A stretch of 64,000 bases of DNA, taken from positions 434,001 through 498,000 of the forward strand of contig CM106586.1 of NCBI GenBank assembly GCA_048013815.1. Reading direction: 5' to 3'. Origin of the DNA: Setoptus koraiensis. Taxonomy: Eukaryota > Animalia > Arthropoda. Made by a program: the position numbers and the translations under genes. Position 1 is the stretch's first letter. Each line of letters starts with the position of its first letter. The notes beneath the pieces were generated by a model. The model was not told the origin of the DNA and made no database searches. It was given only the letters and a program-made list of their open reading frames with translations. Below, in pieces: positions 16,791-27,348 of the stretch.

Positions 16791-19700
16791 CTAAGAGTCG
16801 TCCTCGACTTCTTGTTCGCATTTACTATCAATTGGTGCGGTGCTGGTGGTGAGCGCGTGTCTAGATTTATATTTTCGTACGCCAACCCAAGCCAGATAGG
16901 TTGCTATGCCCAGAGTAATCGCAGCAAACAGGACTTGCTGTGTTATGATCAGTGTTCCGATCACCATGTTCTCCTGTGCCTCCCACGCATGAGTGAGTTC
17001 ATCCAAATTCATTGGAGGGCTGAATTTGAACTTAACCAGTTCTACGAGTTCCCTTAACGGGGCGAGGTCTTCCTTAAGGTGAATTTGGCCGAATTCGTAG
17101 GTATGCCCCTCTATTATCACCGGCACGTTAATACCTAACTTGAATGGCTTCGTTGGACACGCGTAAGTTTGATTGTAGATGGATATTTTGTATGGGAAAC
17201 AGTAAACCACAATGCCATCGATATCTGGATAAACTTGTATTACGTCGCTAGGTGTTAGTTTCTCCCTGGCAATTTTCTTAGTGATCCGCCATTGATTTTC
17301 TTGTATTAAATTATCTATGCAGTTAGTGTGTGGGGATAGGTAGGCCATATCTCCATTTATCTCTAAGCCACCGTCGTGTGTAAGAATGGCGCACTTCTTT
17401 TCTGTATTAAATACAAATGTCCTAGGGCCGTTATACTCGATGATATCGTAATAAGAACCGTTTTCCCTGACTATCAGGAACGGTTTTACCTTCATAATCT
17501 TAAGTTTCTTGCTCATTAGGTTAATCGTGAACTCTAGCTCCGCCTGGCTCCTTAGTTCGTCTAATTTGCAGCTTATCGGCTTCCCCGAATTAAGCAGGCA
17601 TTCTCCTGAGCAATAGCTGTTGAGTGGAATAATGCTAAAAATTTGGGGATTGAGTATATCTCTCTGCCAATCTCTCCCGATTGATTCGAGCGAGAGTTTG
17701 AGCGTAGTCAGCCGCGCTATTGCGCTGGCGGTTTTCATTGTGGCGTCCGTATTGTAGTCAATATAACGGAACAGTGTTTGATTCACTTGATCGATTTTGA
17801 CTGCCAGATGTTTTAGTGAATTATCTTGTTCTGCCGCTGATGTTGTTAAATTTTTCATCAGTCCCTTAAGTACTTCCACTTCATTGGTGGCTGCGTTTTG
17901 TGCGGCGTCGATGGAATTAAATTTGACCTCATTTCTAATAGTCGTCGCCACCGTACCAAGAAAGCTCACCGCGAGACTGCCCATTACGAAGGCTGGTGCG
18001 AGTAGTAGCGGGACAATCCGTTTGTGCCGCAGATGTACATCATGTAAGACTGGAGACCTTTTCGAAATTTTGTGTTTGGTAGCGTAGTGTTCATTTAGTA
18101 GGTCTCGCATTTTTTCCACCAGTGGATCACCCTTTTTGACCATTAGTTTGTTGAATTCTTCTCTAATGCTGGCTAAGTCGTGGCTTTTGCTCTGGCGATT
18201 AATTGAAAGCTTGTCGGTAGTTTTGCCCCTTTGTATCTTGCAAAAACTGCGTAGCGGAATCTTCAGGTCCTCCTCGATTATCTGGTAGCAGAAATCTACG
18301 CTTCGTTCAATCGCTTCCTTGTTCCCCATCATCGAATCAGCTGATGTTTCACATGGGTTATCATAGTTGAGCACGACCACTGCTCGTTGATAACCCGTAA
18401 TTACGTTTTCTCCTGTCGGGCTGAATGTGACAAAATTTGTTAGAGTGAATGGGCCCTCCGCTATCACTCCTAACAGTGAAAGGAGGAGTATGATCACCTG
18501 CAGGATGTAGCCCAAATTTCCATACGTAAGTGTTTGTGGGCGAGTTCTTATCCTCCCCGATCTTCTAGGAGTCATAGGGATCACTAAATTAGGGTTGGGT
18601 GCCGGAGTGTTTATAAGAGGAGTCGAATATGTCTCACTATCTGAGCTCTCCTCTTCAGAAGTGTCCAGGTGGGCTTCGTCATTTTGTGCTATCACATCGG
18701 AAGCGGCGTCGTAATCTCCAGAAGGGGAATCGTTAACTAGCTCCGTTGCGTCCGAATCTTCCTCGGTTTGCTCTTTCGATCTGTTTGGAATGGTTCTTTC
18801 GATGAGGTGGAGTTCCTCTTCGGAATCGTCGCTTAGGATTAACTCCTGTGATAGGTCTGCGTTTTGCGAGGTGCTCGGAACCTCTGCATTTGCCTGTGTC
18901 GCTCCGCCTGTGTCTTCTGGGGAGGTCATATTCGCCGTGTCTTGCTGAGAAATTTTTGTTTCGAAGATATGTCGTTCATGGAATTTCTTGATTCTTGATA
19001 CATGGACTGTGTCCCGTTTTGTCTTCCGCAAACCGACGCTCTCTACCTCATAGACGAGTGGGGATAATTGTCTTATAATTTTGAAGGGGCCTTTCCAACG
19101 ATGCAATAGTTCAGTCGATAAACCTATTTTACGGACAGGAGCAGAGACAAGCACCAGTTCATCGGGCTTGAATGTTGCTGTTCGCTTGTTTTTATCGTAG
19201 TTCAATTTTTGCTTATTCGAGGCTCTACGGTTATTCTGCTCCACTATTTCTCGCGCCTTCTCCATGAATCTGACCGTGTTTTGTATATATTGATCATGTT
19301 CCGCGATTCCAGTGGTTCTTATAGCGTAATTTAAGTCAAACGGTAGGACCAAATCCCTAGCATATACCAAGAAAGATGGTGCGAACCCAGTTGACTCGTG
19401 AACTGAAGTATTATAGGCCAACGTCAGGAATGGCAGGCTCATGTCCCAGTCGTCCTGGCGAAAATTAGTCTGTTTCGAGATCATCGTTGCGAATGTTTCA
19501 TTTGCCCGTTCCGTCAGGCCGTTGCATTGAGGATGGTATGACGTCGTTTTCAAATGTTTCGTCGATACCAGGGTGTAAATATCTTCCGCCAAGCGCGAGC
19601 AGAAGTTCGACCCTCTATCCGACAACAAACGAGACGGACTACCATGTCTACACACTATGTTGTCGATAAAAAATCTCGCGGTGTCCCAGGTAGTGGCTTT

Positions 19701-19793
19701 AGGCATCGCTTTGCATTCTACGTACTTAGTAAAATAGTCCGTAGCCAGGATTGTCCACTTGTTTTTACTGGAGGATTCCTTGAAAGGGCCCAT
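16791..19793 (-). CDS. env: Gypsy integrase core and GPY/F fused in frame to an env-like class I fusion glycoprotein
   Basis: SDRGSNF, HPQCNGLTER, WKGPF; internal signal peptide YILQVIILLLSLLGVIAEG; furin site RHKR before the hydrophobic IVPLLLAPAFVMG; C-terminal TM. Confidence 0.85.
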   Translation of the reverse strand: MGPFKESSSKNKWTILATDYFTKYVECKAMPKATTWDTARFFIDNIVCRHGSPSRLLSDRGSNFCSRLAEDIYTLVSTKHLKTTSYHPQCNGLTERANETFATMISKQTNFRQDDWDMSLPFLTLAYNTSVHESTGFAPSFLVYARDLVLPFDLNYAIRTTGIAEHDQYIQNTVRFMEKAREIVEQNNRRASNKQKLNYDKNKRTATFKPDELVLVSAPVRKIGLSTELLHRWKGPFKIIRQLSPLVYEVESVGLRKTKRDTVHVSRIKKFHERHIFETKISQQDTANMTSPEDTGGATQANAEVPSTSQNADLSQELILSDDSEEELHLIERTIPNRSKEQTEEDSDATELVNDSPSGDYDAASDVIAQNDEAHLDTSEEESSDSETYSTPLINTPAPNPNLVIPMTPRRSGRIRTRPQTLTYGNLGYILQVIILLLSLLGVIAEGPFTLTNFVTFSPTGENVITGYQRAVVVLNYDNPCETSADSMMGNKEAIERSVDFCYQIIEEDLKIPLRSFCKIQRGKTTDKLSINRQSKSHDLASIREEFNKLMVKKGDPLVEKMRDLLNEHYATKHKISKRSPVLHDVHLRHKRIVPLLLAPAFVMGSLAVSFLGTVATTIRNEVKFNSIDAAQNAATNEVEVLKGLMKNLTTSAAEQDNSLKHLAVKIDQVNQTLFRYIDYNTDATMKTASAIARLTTLKLSLESIGRDWQRDILNPQIFSIIPLNSYCSGECLLNSGKPISCKLDELRSQAELEFTINLMSKKLKIMKVKPFLIVRENGSYYDIIEYNGPRTFVFNTEKKCAILTHDGGLEINGDMAYLSPHTNCIDNLIQENQWRITKKIAREKLTPSDVIQVYPDIDGIVVYCFPYKISIYNQTYACPTKPFKLGINVPVIIEGHTYEFGQIHLKEDLAPLRELVELVKFKFSPPMNLDELTHAWEAQENMVIGTLIITQQVLFAAITLGIATYLAWVGVRKYKSRHALTTSTAPIDSKCEQEVEDDS

Positions 19794-22700
19794 CCGATAC
19801 CGACCATTTCAAAAGGCCCGCCGACGTTTATGGGAACCAGCTTTCCTGCTGAGAGTGTGGTAGGATGGTTCCTCGTTTGACAATTCTCGCAGCTCCGTAC
19901 GTATGATGAGACTAAATCGCCCATTTTGGGAAAAAAGTATCGCTGCGCTATCTTCTTTTCAGTTTTGAATCGTCCGAGGTGGCCCCCGATTGGGTCGTCG
20001 TGATAAGTTCGCAAGATTTCTTTGACTTTACTCTCTAGGACGCAAACAACCAGGTGGGGACCCGTCTCGGTCGATACTGCTTTGTGTAATAGTCCGTCTA
20101 TTAACACAAAGCCGTCAAGTTTTTCTGACAAGGCGCCTCCATCTGGAGACTCTAAATGTTCAATCTTCTCTTTGAAGTACTCGTCTTTTCGTTGCTCAGC
20201 TGCGAAATTGTCTAGTAACTCAGTGTCCACCGCACAACAATCGACTGGTTGTCTAGATAAGTAATCTGCATCCTCGTGGTGCTTTCCGCTTCTGTACTTC
20301 ACAACGAAATCGTGCCCTTGTAGATCCAATGCCCAGCGTATCAAGCGCGGGGGTAGCTGTTTTTTGTTCCTGATCCAGCACAGGGCGATGTGGTCTGACA
20401 CCACGGTGAATTTGCTTCCACTTAGGTAGTGGGACAGTTTCTTAATGGCCCACACCACTGCCAATAGCTCTTTTTCCGTGATTGAGTAGTTTAGTTCTGA
20501 TTTTTTTAGCGCTCTACTCAAGTAGTAGATTGGATGTAGGCCGTCGCGGAAGTCTTGAAGTAATATCGCTCCTATCCCATCATGACAAGCATCTGTCCTA
20601 AGTTCAAGAGGAAGATTTTCGTCGAAGTGTCGTAGGACAGGAAACTCACATAGTTTTCTCTTGATGGTCTCAAAAGCCAACTGCTCTGGTTCGCCCCAGC
20701 TAAATTTCCTGTCTTTCTTTGTTAGGTCATGCAAGGGCGATGCTATTTCCGAGAACGACTTAATGAACTTACGGTAATAGGAGCTAGACCATAAAAATTG
20801 TCTTACTTCCTTGATGTTTCTCGGCGGATGTTTTTCAGCGATTGCGGCCACCTTCGACGCGTCCATGGCGATTCCGTTGGCACTTATTATATGACCGAGA
20901 AATTGAATAATTTCCACCCCAAAGAGACATTTGGTTGGTTGCAATGTGAGACCGGCCGCTGATATTTCTGACAGTACGAGGAAAAGTGAGTTCGGGAAGC
21001 TGTCGAATGAGTCGCCGAAAACAATTATGTCATCCAAATAAACTAGGCAATGGCCATACTTCACACGAGCGAGTATGGTGTCCATGGCCCGCTGGAAGGT
21101 CGGTGGAGCATTCATAAGGCCGAACGACATCACCTTAAATTGATAAAGTCCGTCGTTAGTATTAAAGGCCGTCTTCTGTTGATCGATACCCCGCACTGGA
21201 ATCTGTAAGTAACCCGAGTTCATGTCTAGTGATGCGAAATACTTTGTGTTTGTTAAGGCACTCAGTAGGTCATCTATGTTGGGCAACGGATAGGTATCCC
21301 GCTCCGTTACCGCGTTGAGGGCCCTATAGTCAACACAGACCCTAGTTTTGCCATTTTTCTTCTTGACCAGTACTACCGGAGAACTCCAGGGTGAGTTAGA
21401 GGGTTCAATAATGCCCATTTCTAACCATTCGGCAATCTGATCTTGGATTTCGCGGCGCTGGGCCGGCGAATAGCGGTATGGGTTGTGCTTGACTGGGGTA
21501 CAGTCTTGAGTACGTATCGCGTGTTCTATTTGATCCGTTAACCCTAAACGATCATTGAAGGAGAATAAGTACTGAAACCCTCTGAGAAGATGTCTAAGTA
21601 ATTCTGTTTGTTCGTTGTCCAAACTGGCTCCAATTTTTAATGTTGCTTCTTTAGCAACATGTAGTTCTTTCAGTTCTGCTTCCACCATATTGACATTGAC
21701 TGCCACTGTCTTACGTTGGCCGTAATTCGTTGTTCGGTAACTGATGTCAGCTTGGCGTGGCGCACTCAAGAATAGTTCAGCTTTTTCGTAGTCTACTATG
21801 GCCCCTGAAGCCGCAGCAAAGTTGCTGCCCAGAAGGCCCTCATGCGACATGCTTTTGACAATGATCATGGTCATGATTATGCTATGGAAACTGCCGCTGG
21901 CCTTGTATTCTACCTTGACATCTACTTCTCCCGTGGTTTCTAGCACACTGTTGCCGACCCCAGAAATCTTGAACATTGTATACGGCCTACCTCTTATATT
22001 GAGTTTCTCGTATGTATCTTGCCTAATCAATGACACAGCTGAACCGGTGTCGAATAGGCAATCGAACTTCGTGTCTTGGATTTTTATCGGTAACATTATA
22101 AGGCTGTGGCGGTTAACGTCCTTAGTACGCCAGTTAGCGCTCGCACTACCGTTAGTGTGGTGAGTGCTTGGCGGTGATCCATAATTTGCTGGCAGTTCGT
22201 TGATGATCGCGTTTGTTTGTTGACTAAATTGGCAAAATCGTGCAACGTGTCCGAAACCCCCGCAATTATAGCATCTTGGTCTACCATCGAAGTTACGCGA
22301 GTTGTTGGATTGACTGAAGTTACGAGCTCTGTTCGGCATAAATGTAGGATTCCCTCTATTGTGAATGGTCAGGCCTGCAGTGGGTGTCTCGTTTGTGGTG
22401 TCTTTCTGCTTTTCCTTCTTTGCTCTAACTCTCGACTCGACTTTCTTGGCTATCTTCAGTAACGCGTCGTAGTTGATCACATCCGTACCCAACAACGCGT
22501 CTCCGTACTCTGGCCTCATGCCTTCAATCACTTTGTCGACGAAGTCGCTTATCTCCATGGTGGTGTCGACTCTGTGGGCCAAGTGTCTCTTGCTCGTTAT
22601 GTAATTCACCATCGATTCGTCTTCACCCTGTTTTCGTTCTTCGAACTTTCGTTGATTGTGCGACTTTTCGTCGCCATCCATGTAGTGGGCTAGTAATTTG

Positions 22701-22999
22701 TTCTTAGCCTGCTCCCAATTTATTGCCTTGCCGTCGATGTTTGAACCACTAATGTCGTCACGGAAAAATTCTCTTGCTGGTCCGCCCAAGTGAACTGGCA
22801 ACTTTTTCAATTTCGTTTCTGCTGACCAATTAAACGAATCAGCCAGAGTTTCGAAATCCGCCATCCAATTCACTATATCGTTTTCAGTATCGCCCTTAAA
22901 GGGAGGTAATCTTGTTGACGGAATCAGACCTGGCGAAATCTGAGAATCAGATTCCCCAGGCTCTGTCTTCTTCACTTCGGAAACGTCCTTATTGACCAT
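19718..22999 (-). CDS. pol: Gypsy Gag-PR-RT-RH and integrase N-terminus
   Basis: CYNCGGFGHVARFC knuckle, LFDTGS protease, YLDD RT, TDAC RNase H, HHCC; frameshift near 19790 splits the integrase (GI/MGP). Confidence 0.93.
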   Translation of the reverse strand: MVNKDVSEVKKTEPGESDSQISPGLIPSTRLPPFKGDTENDIVNWMADFETLADSFNWSAETKLKKLPVHLGGPAREFFRDDISGSNIDGKAINWEQAKNKLLAHYMDGDEKSHNQRKFEERKQGEDESMVNYITSKRHLAHRVDTTMEISDFVDKVIEGMRPEYGDALLGTDVINYDALLKIAKKVESRVRAKKEKQKDTTNETPTAGLTIHNRGNPTFMPNRARNFSQSNNSRNFDGRPRCYNCGGFGHVARFCQFSQQTNAIINELPANYGSPPSTHHTNGSASANWRTKDVNRHSLIMLPIKIQDTKFDCLFDTGSAVSLIRQDTYEKLNIRGRPYTMFKISGVGNSVLETTGEVDVKVEYKASGSFHSIIMTMIIVKSMSHEGLLGSNFAAASGAIVDYEKAELFLSAPRQADISYRTTNYGQRKTVAVNVNMVEAELKELHVAKEATLKIGASLDNEQTELLRHLLRGFQYLFSFNDRLGLTDQIEHAIRTQDCTPVKHNPYRYSPAQRREIQDQIAEWLEMGIIEPSNSPWSSPVVLVKKKNGKTRVCVDYRALNAVTERDTYPLPNIDDLLSALTNTKYFASLDMNSGYLQIPVRGIDQQKTAFNTNDGLYQFKVMSFGLMNAPPTFQRAMDTILARVKYGHCLVYLDDIIVFGDSFDSFPNSLFLVLSEISAAGLTLQPTKCLFGVEIIQFLGHIISANGIAMDASKVAAIAEKHPPRNIKEVRQFLWSSSYYRKFIKSFSEIASPLHDLTKKDRKFSWGEPEQLAFETIKRKLCEFPVLRHFDENLPLELRTDACHDGIGAILLQDFRDGLHPIYYLSRALKKSELNYSITEKELLAVVWAIKKLSHYLSGSKFTVVSDHIALCWIRNKKQLPPRLIRWALDLQGHDFVVKYRSGKHHEDADYLSRQPVDCCAVDTELLDNFAAEQRKDEYFKEKIEHLESPDGGALSEKLDGFVLIDGLLHKAVSTETGPHLVVCVLESKVKEILRTYHDDPIGGHLGRFKTEKKIAQRYFFPKMGDLVSSYVRSCENCQTRNHPTTLSAGKLVPINVGGPFEMVGIGWALSRNPPVKTSGQSWLRTILLST

Positions 23000-24085
23000 T
23001 GTTAAGTATTAGAAAGAAATCCGCACAACAATTTGCAATAAAATTCTGCTCCGCGTTTGCTGCTACCGTGTTGTCGATGTAATACTTTCTATCGAGAGTG
23101 TCTTGGAGAACCAGGTTTGACCACTGAGTCTTTCTCAAAAAACGATTGATTGATTTTTCTTCCCAGTAAAATAGTTCGTTAGAGCGGAGAAAAACTTCAC
23201 TAATCGCAGAGTTCAGTTTTTCTTCACCAAGGATTCTCTGCTTAAATAGTATTACAATCAGGAATAAGTACCTAAGGCTTTGTTTGACCGCTTCAATTCT
23301 GTTTGCCGGAGTATTATTTTCTAACTTCTTTAATGTCTGGAAATACGTAACTACTGTTAACAAATTTATGGATGGAACTGAAAGCACTCGCTCGTTGTAT
23401 CTGCTGTGTCCTGAGAAGTTGAAAGCCAACTTGAGCTAGCGAACCACGGGCTATCAGGACTGAATGGGTTGCTGATAAATTCACCTAAAGTTTGGACTTC
23501 TGATGTGGGGCAGTATCCTAGTAATTCGTTCAGTTTCTCTACCTCTCTGTCTGAGATCTCAGAAACTAGGGATAACTCTAGCTCACTATCTGATATCTCG
23601 CTTAAGTCTAGTTCACTCTTGTTCGCCTCTACTGGGTTTGCTTCGGTCTTATCCGGGGAAGTGTTGTGCCCCGTGGGAACGATATTTCTTACAAATTCTT
23701 CTTTGAGTTGTCTGGCGCGCTCAATGCTTCTGAAGAAAAATCTGTCGTTGTAGAACAACTGTTGTTCGTCTATGCAATATAGTTCGAGTGTTCTTACTTT
23801 CTCTTGGTCGATGGACCGATATGCTACTTTCTTTATTGTTTTTATGTCAAGTTCATTCACTTGGTTGAGTAAGTTATAGAGTGTCTGCTTTTCTCGTGTT
23901 TCCAAGCTTGTATCTTCAGGGTTAGCCAGGCACTTAAGTTCAATCACTGACAGAACGATTTCTGTTTGGTTTATCGACTTCGAAATTAATGTACCGAGCG
24001 GGTGTTCGACGCTCTGTCGTAACAAGCTTATTTTCTGTTCGAGGTTCGCGGTATAAATCTTGAGGTAATCTTCCATGTATCGCAC
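22989..24085 (-). CDS. Two overlapping leader ORFs (239 aa and 146 aa) upstream of gag
   Basis: ORFs 23366-24085 and 22989-23429; the second overlaps the gag ATG. Confidence 0.45.
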
Positions 24086-25013
24086 GGCTTATCTCGAGTA
24101 TCACTGGGCACAGTTATATTATATTTTTTTTTTTCCTCTTTTAGGAAAAGTTTGCGAACTTTCATCCACCCGTTGACGCCAATTGAGACGGGACGCGGCC
24201 CGACTTACTTCTCTCTATCAAAACTCAATGACTTTCTTCAAACAAATCACACAATTAACACTATCAAGATGATTGCACACAAAGGACTTAACTAGCAAAC
24301 ACAACGCACGCTTTGTTTATTGCTTAGCACAAGAACAAGATGTCCTTTTCATTGTGTTGCTCCTCTTTATATAATCATTTGTGGCTGTTTTATCGGCTTC
24401 ATCTTATGATGACGATTATCGTGACGTAACGGCTATCGTCATCATAAGATGGTCGTCATCAGTTTCCCACGCCAAGATGGTGGCTACCGCTATGTGGCTA
24501 CCACCGTTACAATNNNNNNNNNNNNNNNNNNNNNNNNNNNNNNNNNNNNNNNNNNNNNNNNNNNNNNNNNNNNNNNNNNNNNNNNNNNNNNNNNNNNNNN
24601 NNNNNNNNNNNNNNNNNNNNNNNNNNNNNNNNNNNNNNNNNNNNNNNNNNNNNNNNNNNNNNNNNNNNNNNNNNNNNNNNNNNNNNNNNNNNNNNNNNNN
24701 NNNNNNNNNNNNNNNNNNNNNNNNNNNNNNNNNNNNNNNNNNNNNNNNNNNNNNNNNNNNNNNNNNNNNNNNNNNNNNNNNNNNNNNNNNNNNNNNNNNN
24801 NNNNNNNNNNNNNNNNNNNNNNNNNNNNNNNNNNNNNNNNNNNNNNNNNNNNNNNNNNNNNNNNNNNNNNNNNNNNNNNNNNNNNNNNNNNNNNNNNNNN
24901 NNNNNNNNNNNNNNNNNNNNNNNNNNNNNNNNNNNNNNNNNNNNNNNNNNNNNNNNNNNNNNNNNNNNNNNNNNNNNNNNNNNNNNNNNNNNNNNNNNNN
25001 NNNNNNNNNNNNN

Positions 25014-27028
25014 CCGAACACTGACCACCAAACATCAAACGAGCAGATGGAACTGTCATCAGAAAATCGAATTTTCAATTTCGAATTTCGAAGTTCAAGT
25101 GTGACCATCGAACTTCGAAATGTTACCACCGAACTTCGAATTGTGACCATCGAACTCCGGCAGAGAAGCTGAGACTATCATCAGAAAATCGAATTTTCAA
25201 TTTCGAATTTCGAATTGTTACCACCGAACTTCGAAATGTGACCATCGAACTCCGACCCCTGAACACTGACAATCGAACATCGAACGAGCAGATGAAACTA
25301 TCATCAGGAATTCGAATTTTCAATTTCGAATTTCGGAGTTCGAAATGTGACCATCGAACTTCGAATTGTCACCAGCGAACTTCGAATTGTGACCATCGAA
25401 CTCTGTACAAGTACCTGAAACTCGTATCGGAAATTCGAATTTTAAATTTCGAATTTCGAAGTTCGAAATGTGACCATCGAACTTCGAATGATCACCACCG
25501 AACTTCGAATTGTGACCATCGAACTCCGACAGAGCAGATGAAACTATCATCAGAAAATCGAATTTTCAATTTCGAATTTCGAAATGTGACCATCGAACTC
25601 TGACCATCGAACTCTGACCATCGAACTTCGATGAAGCAGATGAAACTATCATCGGAAATTCGAATTTTCAATTTCGAATTTCGAAGTTCGAAATGTGACC
25701 ATCGGATTCTGACCATCGAACTAAGAACACTGACCAACGAACTCTGAACGAGCAGATGAAACTGTCAACAGGAATTCGAATTTTAATTTCAAATTTCGAA
25801 GTTCGAAATGTGACCATCGAACATTGACCAGCGAACACTGAACCACGAACATCGAACGAGCAGCTTATACTATCATCAGAATTCGAATTTTAAATTTCGA
25901 AAACCGAATTGTCATCACCGAACTTTTCACAAATTCGACCAAGTCAAATCTACATAGGATTGCATACGAAATATTTCCGAGTGAAGCGAAAATAGACTAA
26001 GTCGAATCTCCATAAGAATACATGTGTAATGTTGAGGAGAATTTCAGGATTTTCACAAATTTGACTAAGCCAGACCTCCATAGGGTTACATAGTCACGTG
26101 AATAGATTAGCAATAAACACCAAACCAATAGCAACTTAATTAAAATTAAGCGCTTAAAATACCCAAAATACCCAGATCGGAACTACGCCCAGGTCGCTAC
26201 AACAGCCTACAAGTTCTTCAAATTTCTATCGCAGCATGATACACATGTTGATTGCCCACCACTACCGAAATCTGATCATCGAACTTCAACGAAGCAGATG
26301 AAACCCTTATCAGAAATTTGAATTTTCAATTTCGAATTTCGAAGTTCGGAGTTCGAATTGTGACCATCGAACTCTGACCCCCGAACTCTGAACATCGAAC
26401 TCCGACCATCGAACTCCGGCAGAGCAGATGAAACTATCATCAGAAAATCGAATTTTCAATTTTGAATTTCGAAGTTCGAATTGTGACCATCGAACTCTGA
26501 CCATGGAACTACGACCATCGAACTTCGACGAAGCAGCTGAATCTCATTTCAGAAAATCAAATTTTCAATTTCCAATTTCGAAGTTCGAAATTCGAATTGT
26601 CACCACCGAACTCTGACCATAGAACTAAGAACACTGAACCACTAACTTCGAACTAGCAGCTGAAACTCCCATGAGAAATTCGAATTTTCAATTTTGAAGT
26701 TCGATTTGTCACCACCGAGCTCCTCACAAATTCGACCTAGTCAAATCTCCATAGGATTGCATACGAAATATTTTCGAGTAAAGCGATAATAGACCAAGTC
26801 AAATCTACATCGGAATACATGTGTAATATCTAGCAGGATTCTCACAAATTTGACTAAGTCAAACCTCCATAGGATTACATAGTCACGTGAATAAACCTAG
26901 TCATCATCACCACCCCAATAGCAGCTTAATTAAAATTAAGCGCTAAAAAGCACTGATTTGTTCTACCCACGTGAATAAACGTAGCACCCAGACCCATCCC
27001 AATAGCTACTTAATTAAAATTAAGCGCT
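25014..27028 (-). mobile_element. Stacked HINE-B minisatellite bodies with three 5' ends (26155, 26946, 27028) and a Merlin TIR fragment (26156-26218)
   Basis: CTTAATTAAAATTAAGCGCT 5'-end motif occurs three times; GACCATCGAACT / AATTCGAATTTTCAATTTCG repeats. Confidence 0.8.
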
Positions 27029-27149
27029 AATAATGTATATGATATTTATTTAATTAAGCGTAGACAGGAACGAATTTTACTCCCTGTGCGCTCGCCTTAA
27101 CTAGGCGACGCGTAGCGTCGAGCGCACAGGGATGCGGAGCGTTACAAGC

Positions 27150-27348
27150 TCATACAATGTATGTGATATCTGATCACATGTGCCCATACAGTACGTGGCA
27201 TTTTCGAAACTGTTCTCACCAGGATGAATTCTTGAAACTTCCTAGAGACAGCTAGCACTTTTCACTACTTTATAAACTGTCCAAACCTCCAAGATCATTC
27301 ACTGGAAAAATTAAGCGCTCTTATACTGGTATAATCAGTATAACTTGT
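27150..27348 (+). mobile_element. HINE-A 3' portion
   Basis: AATTAAGCGCTC-TTATACTGGTATAATCAGTATAA-CTTGT. Confidence 0.8.

Larger units (their letters stand above)
16446..24511 (-). mobile_element. Ty3/Gypsy LTR retrotransposon with env, near full length
   Basis: LTRs 16446-16774 and 24184-24511 (TGTAACGG...CCGTCTCA on the minus strand, about 10 differences); PBS TGGCGTCAACGGGTGG; PPT AGAGGAGGACGGGG; probable ATAT TSD (right copy cut by the gap). Confidence 0.93.
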
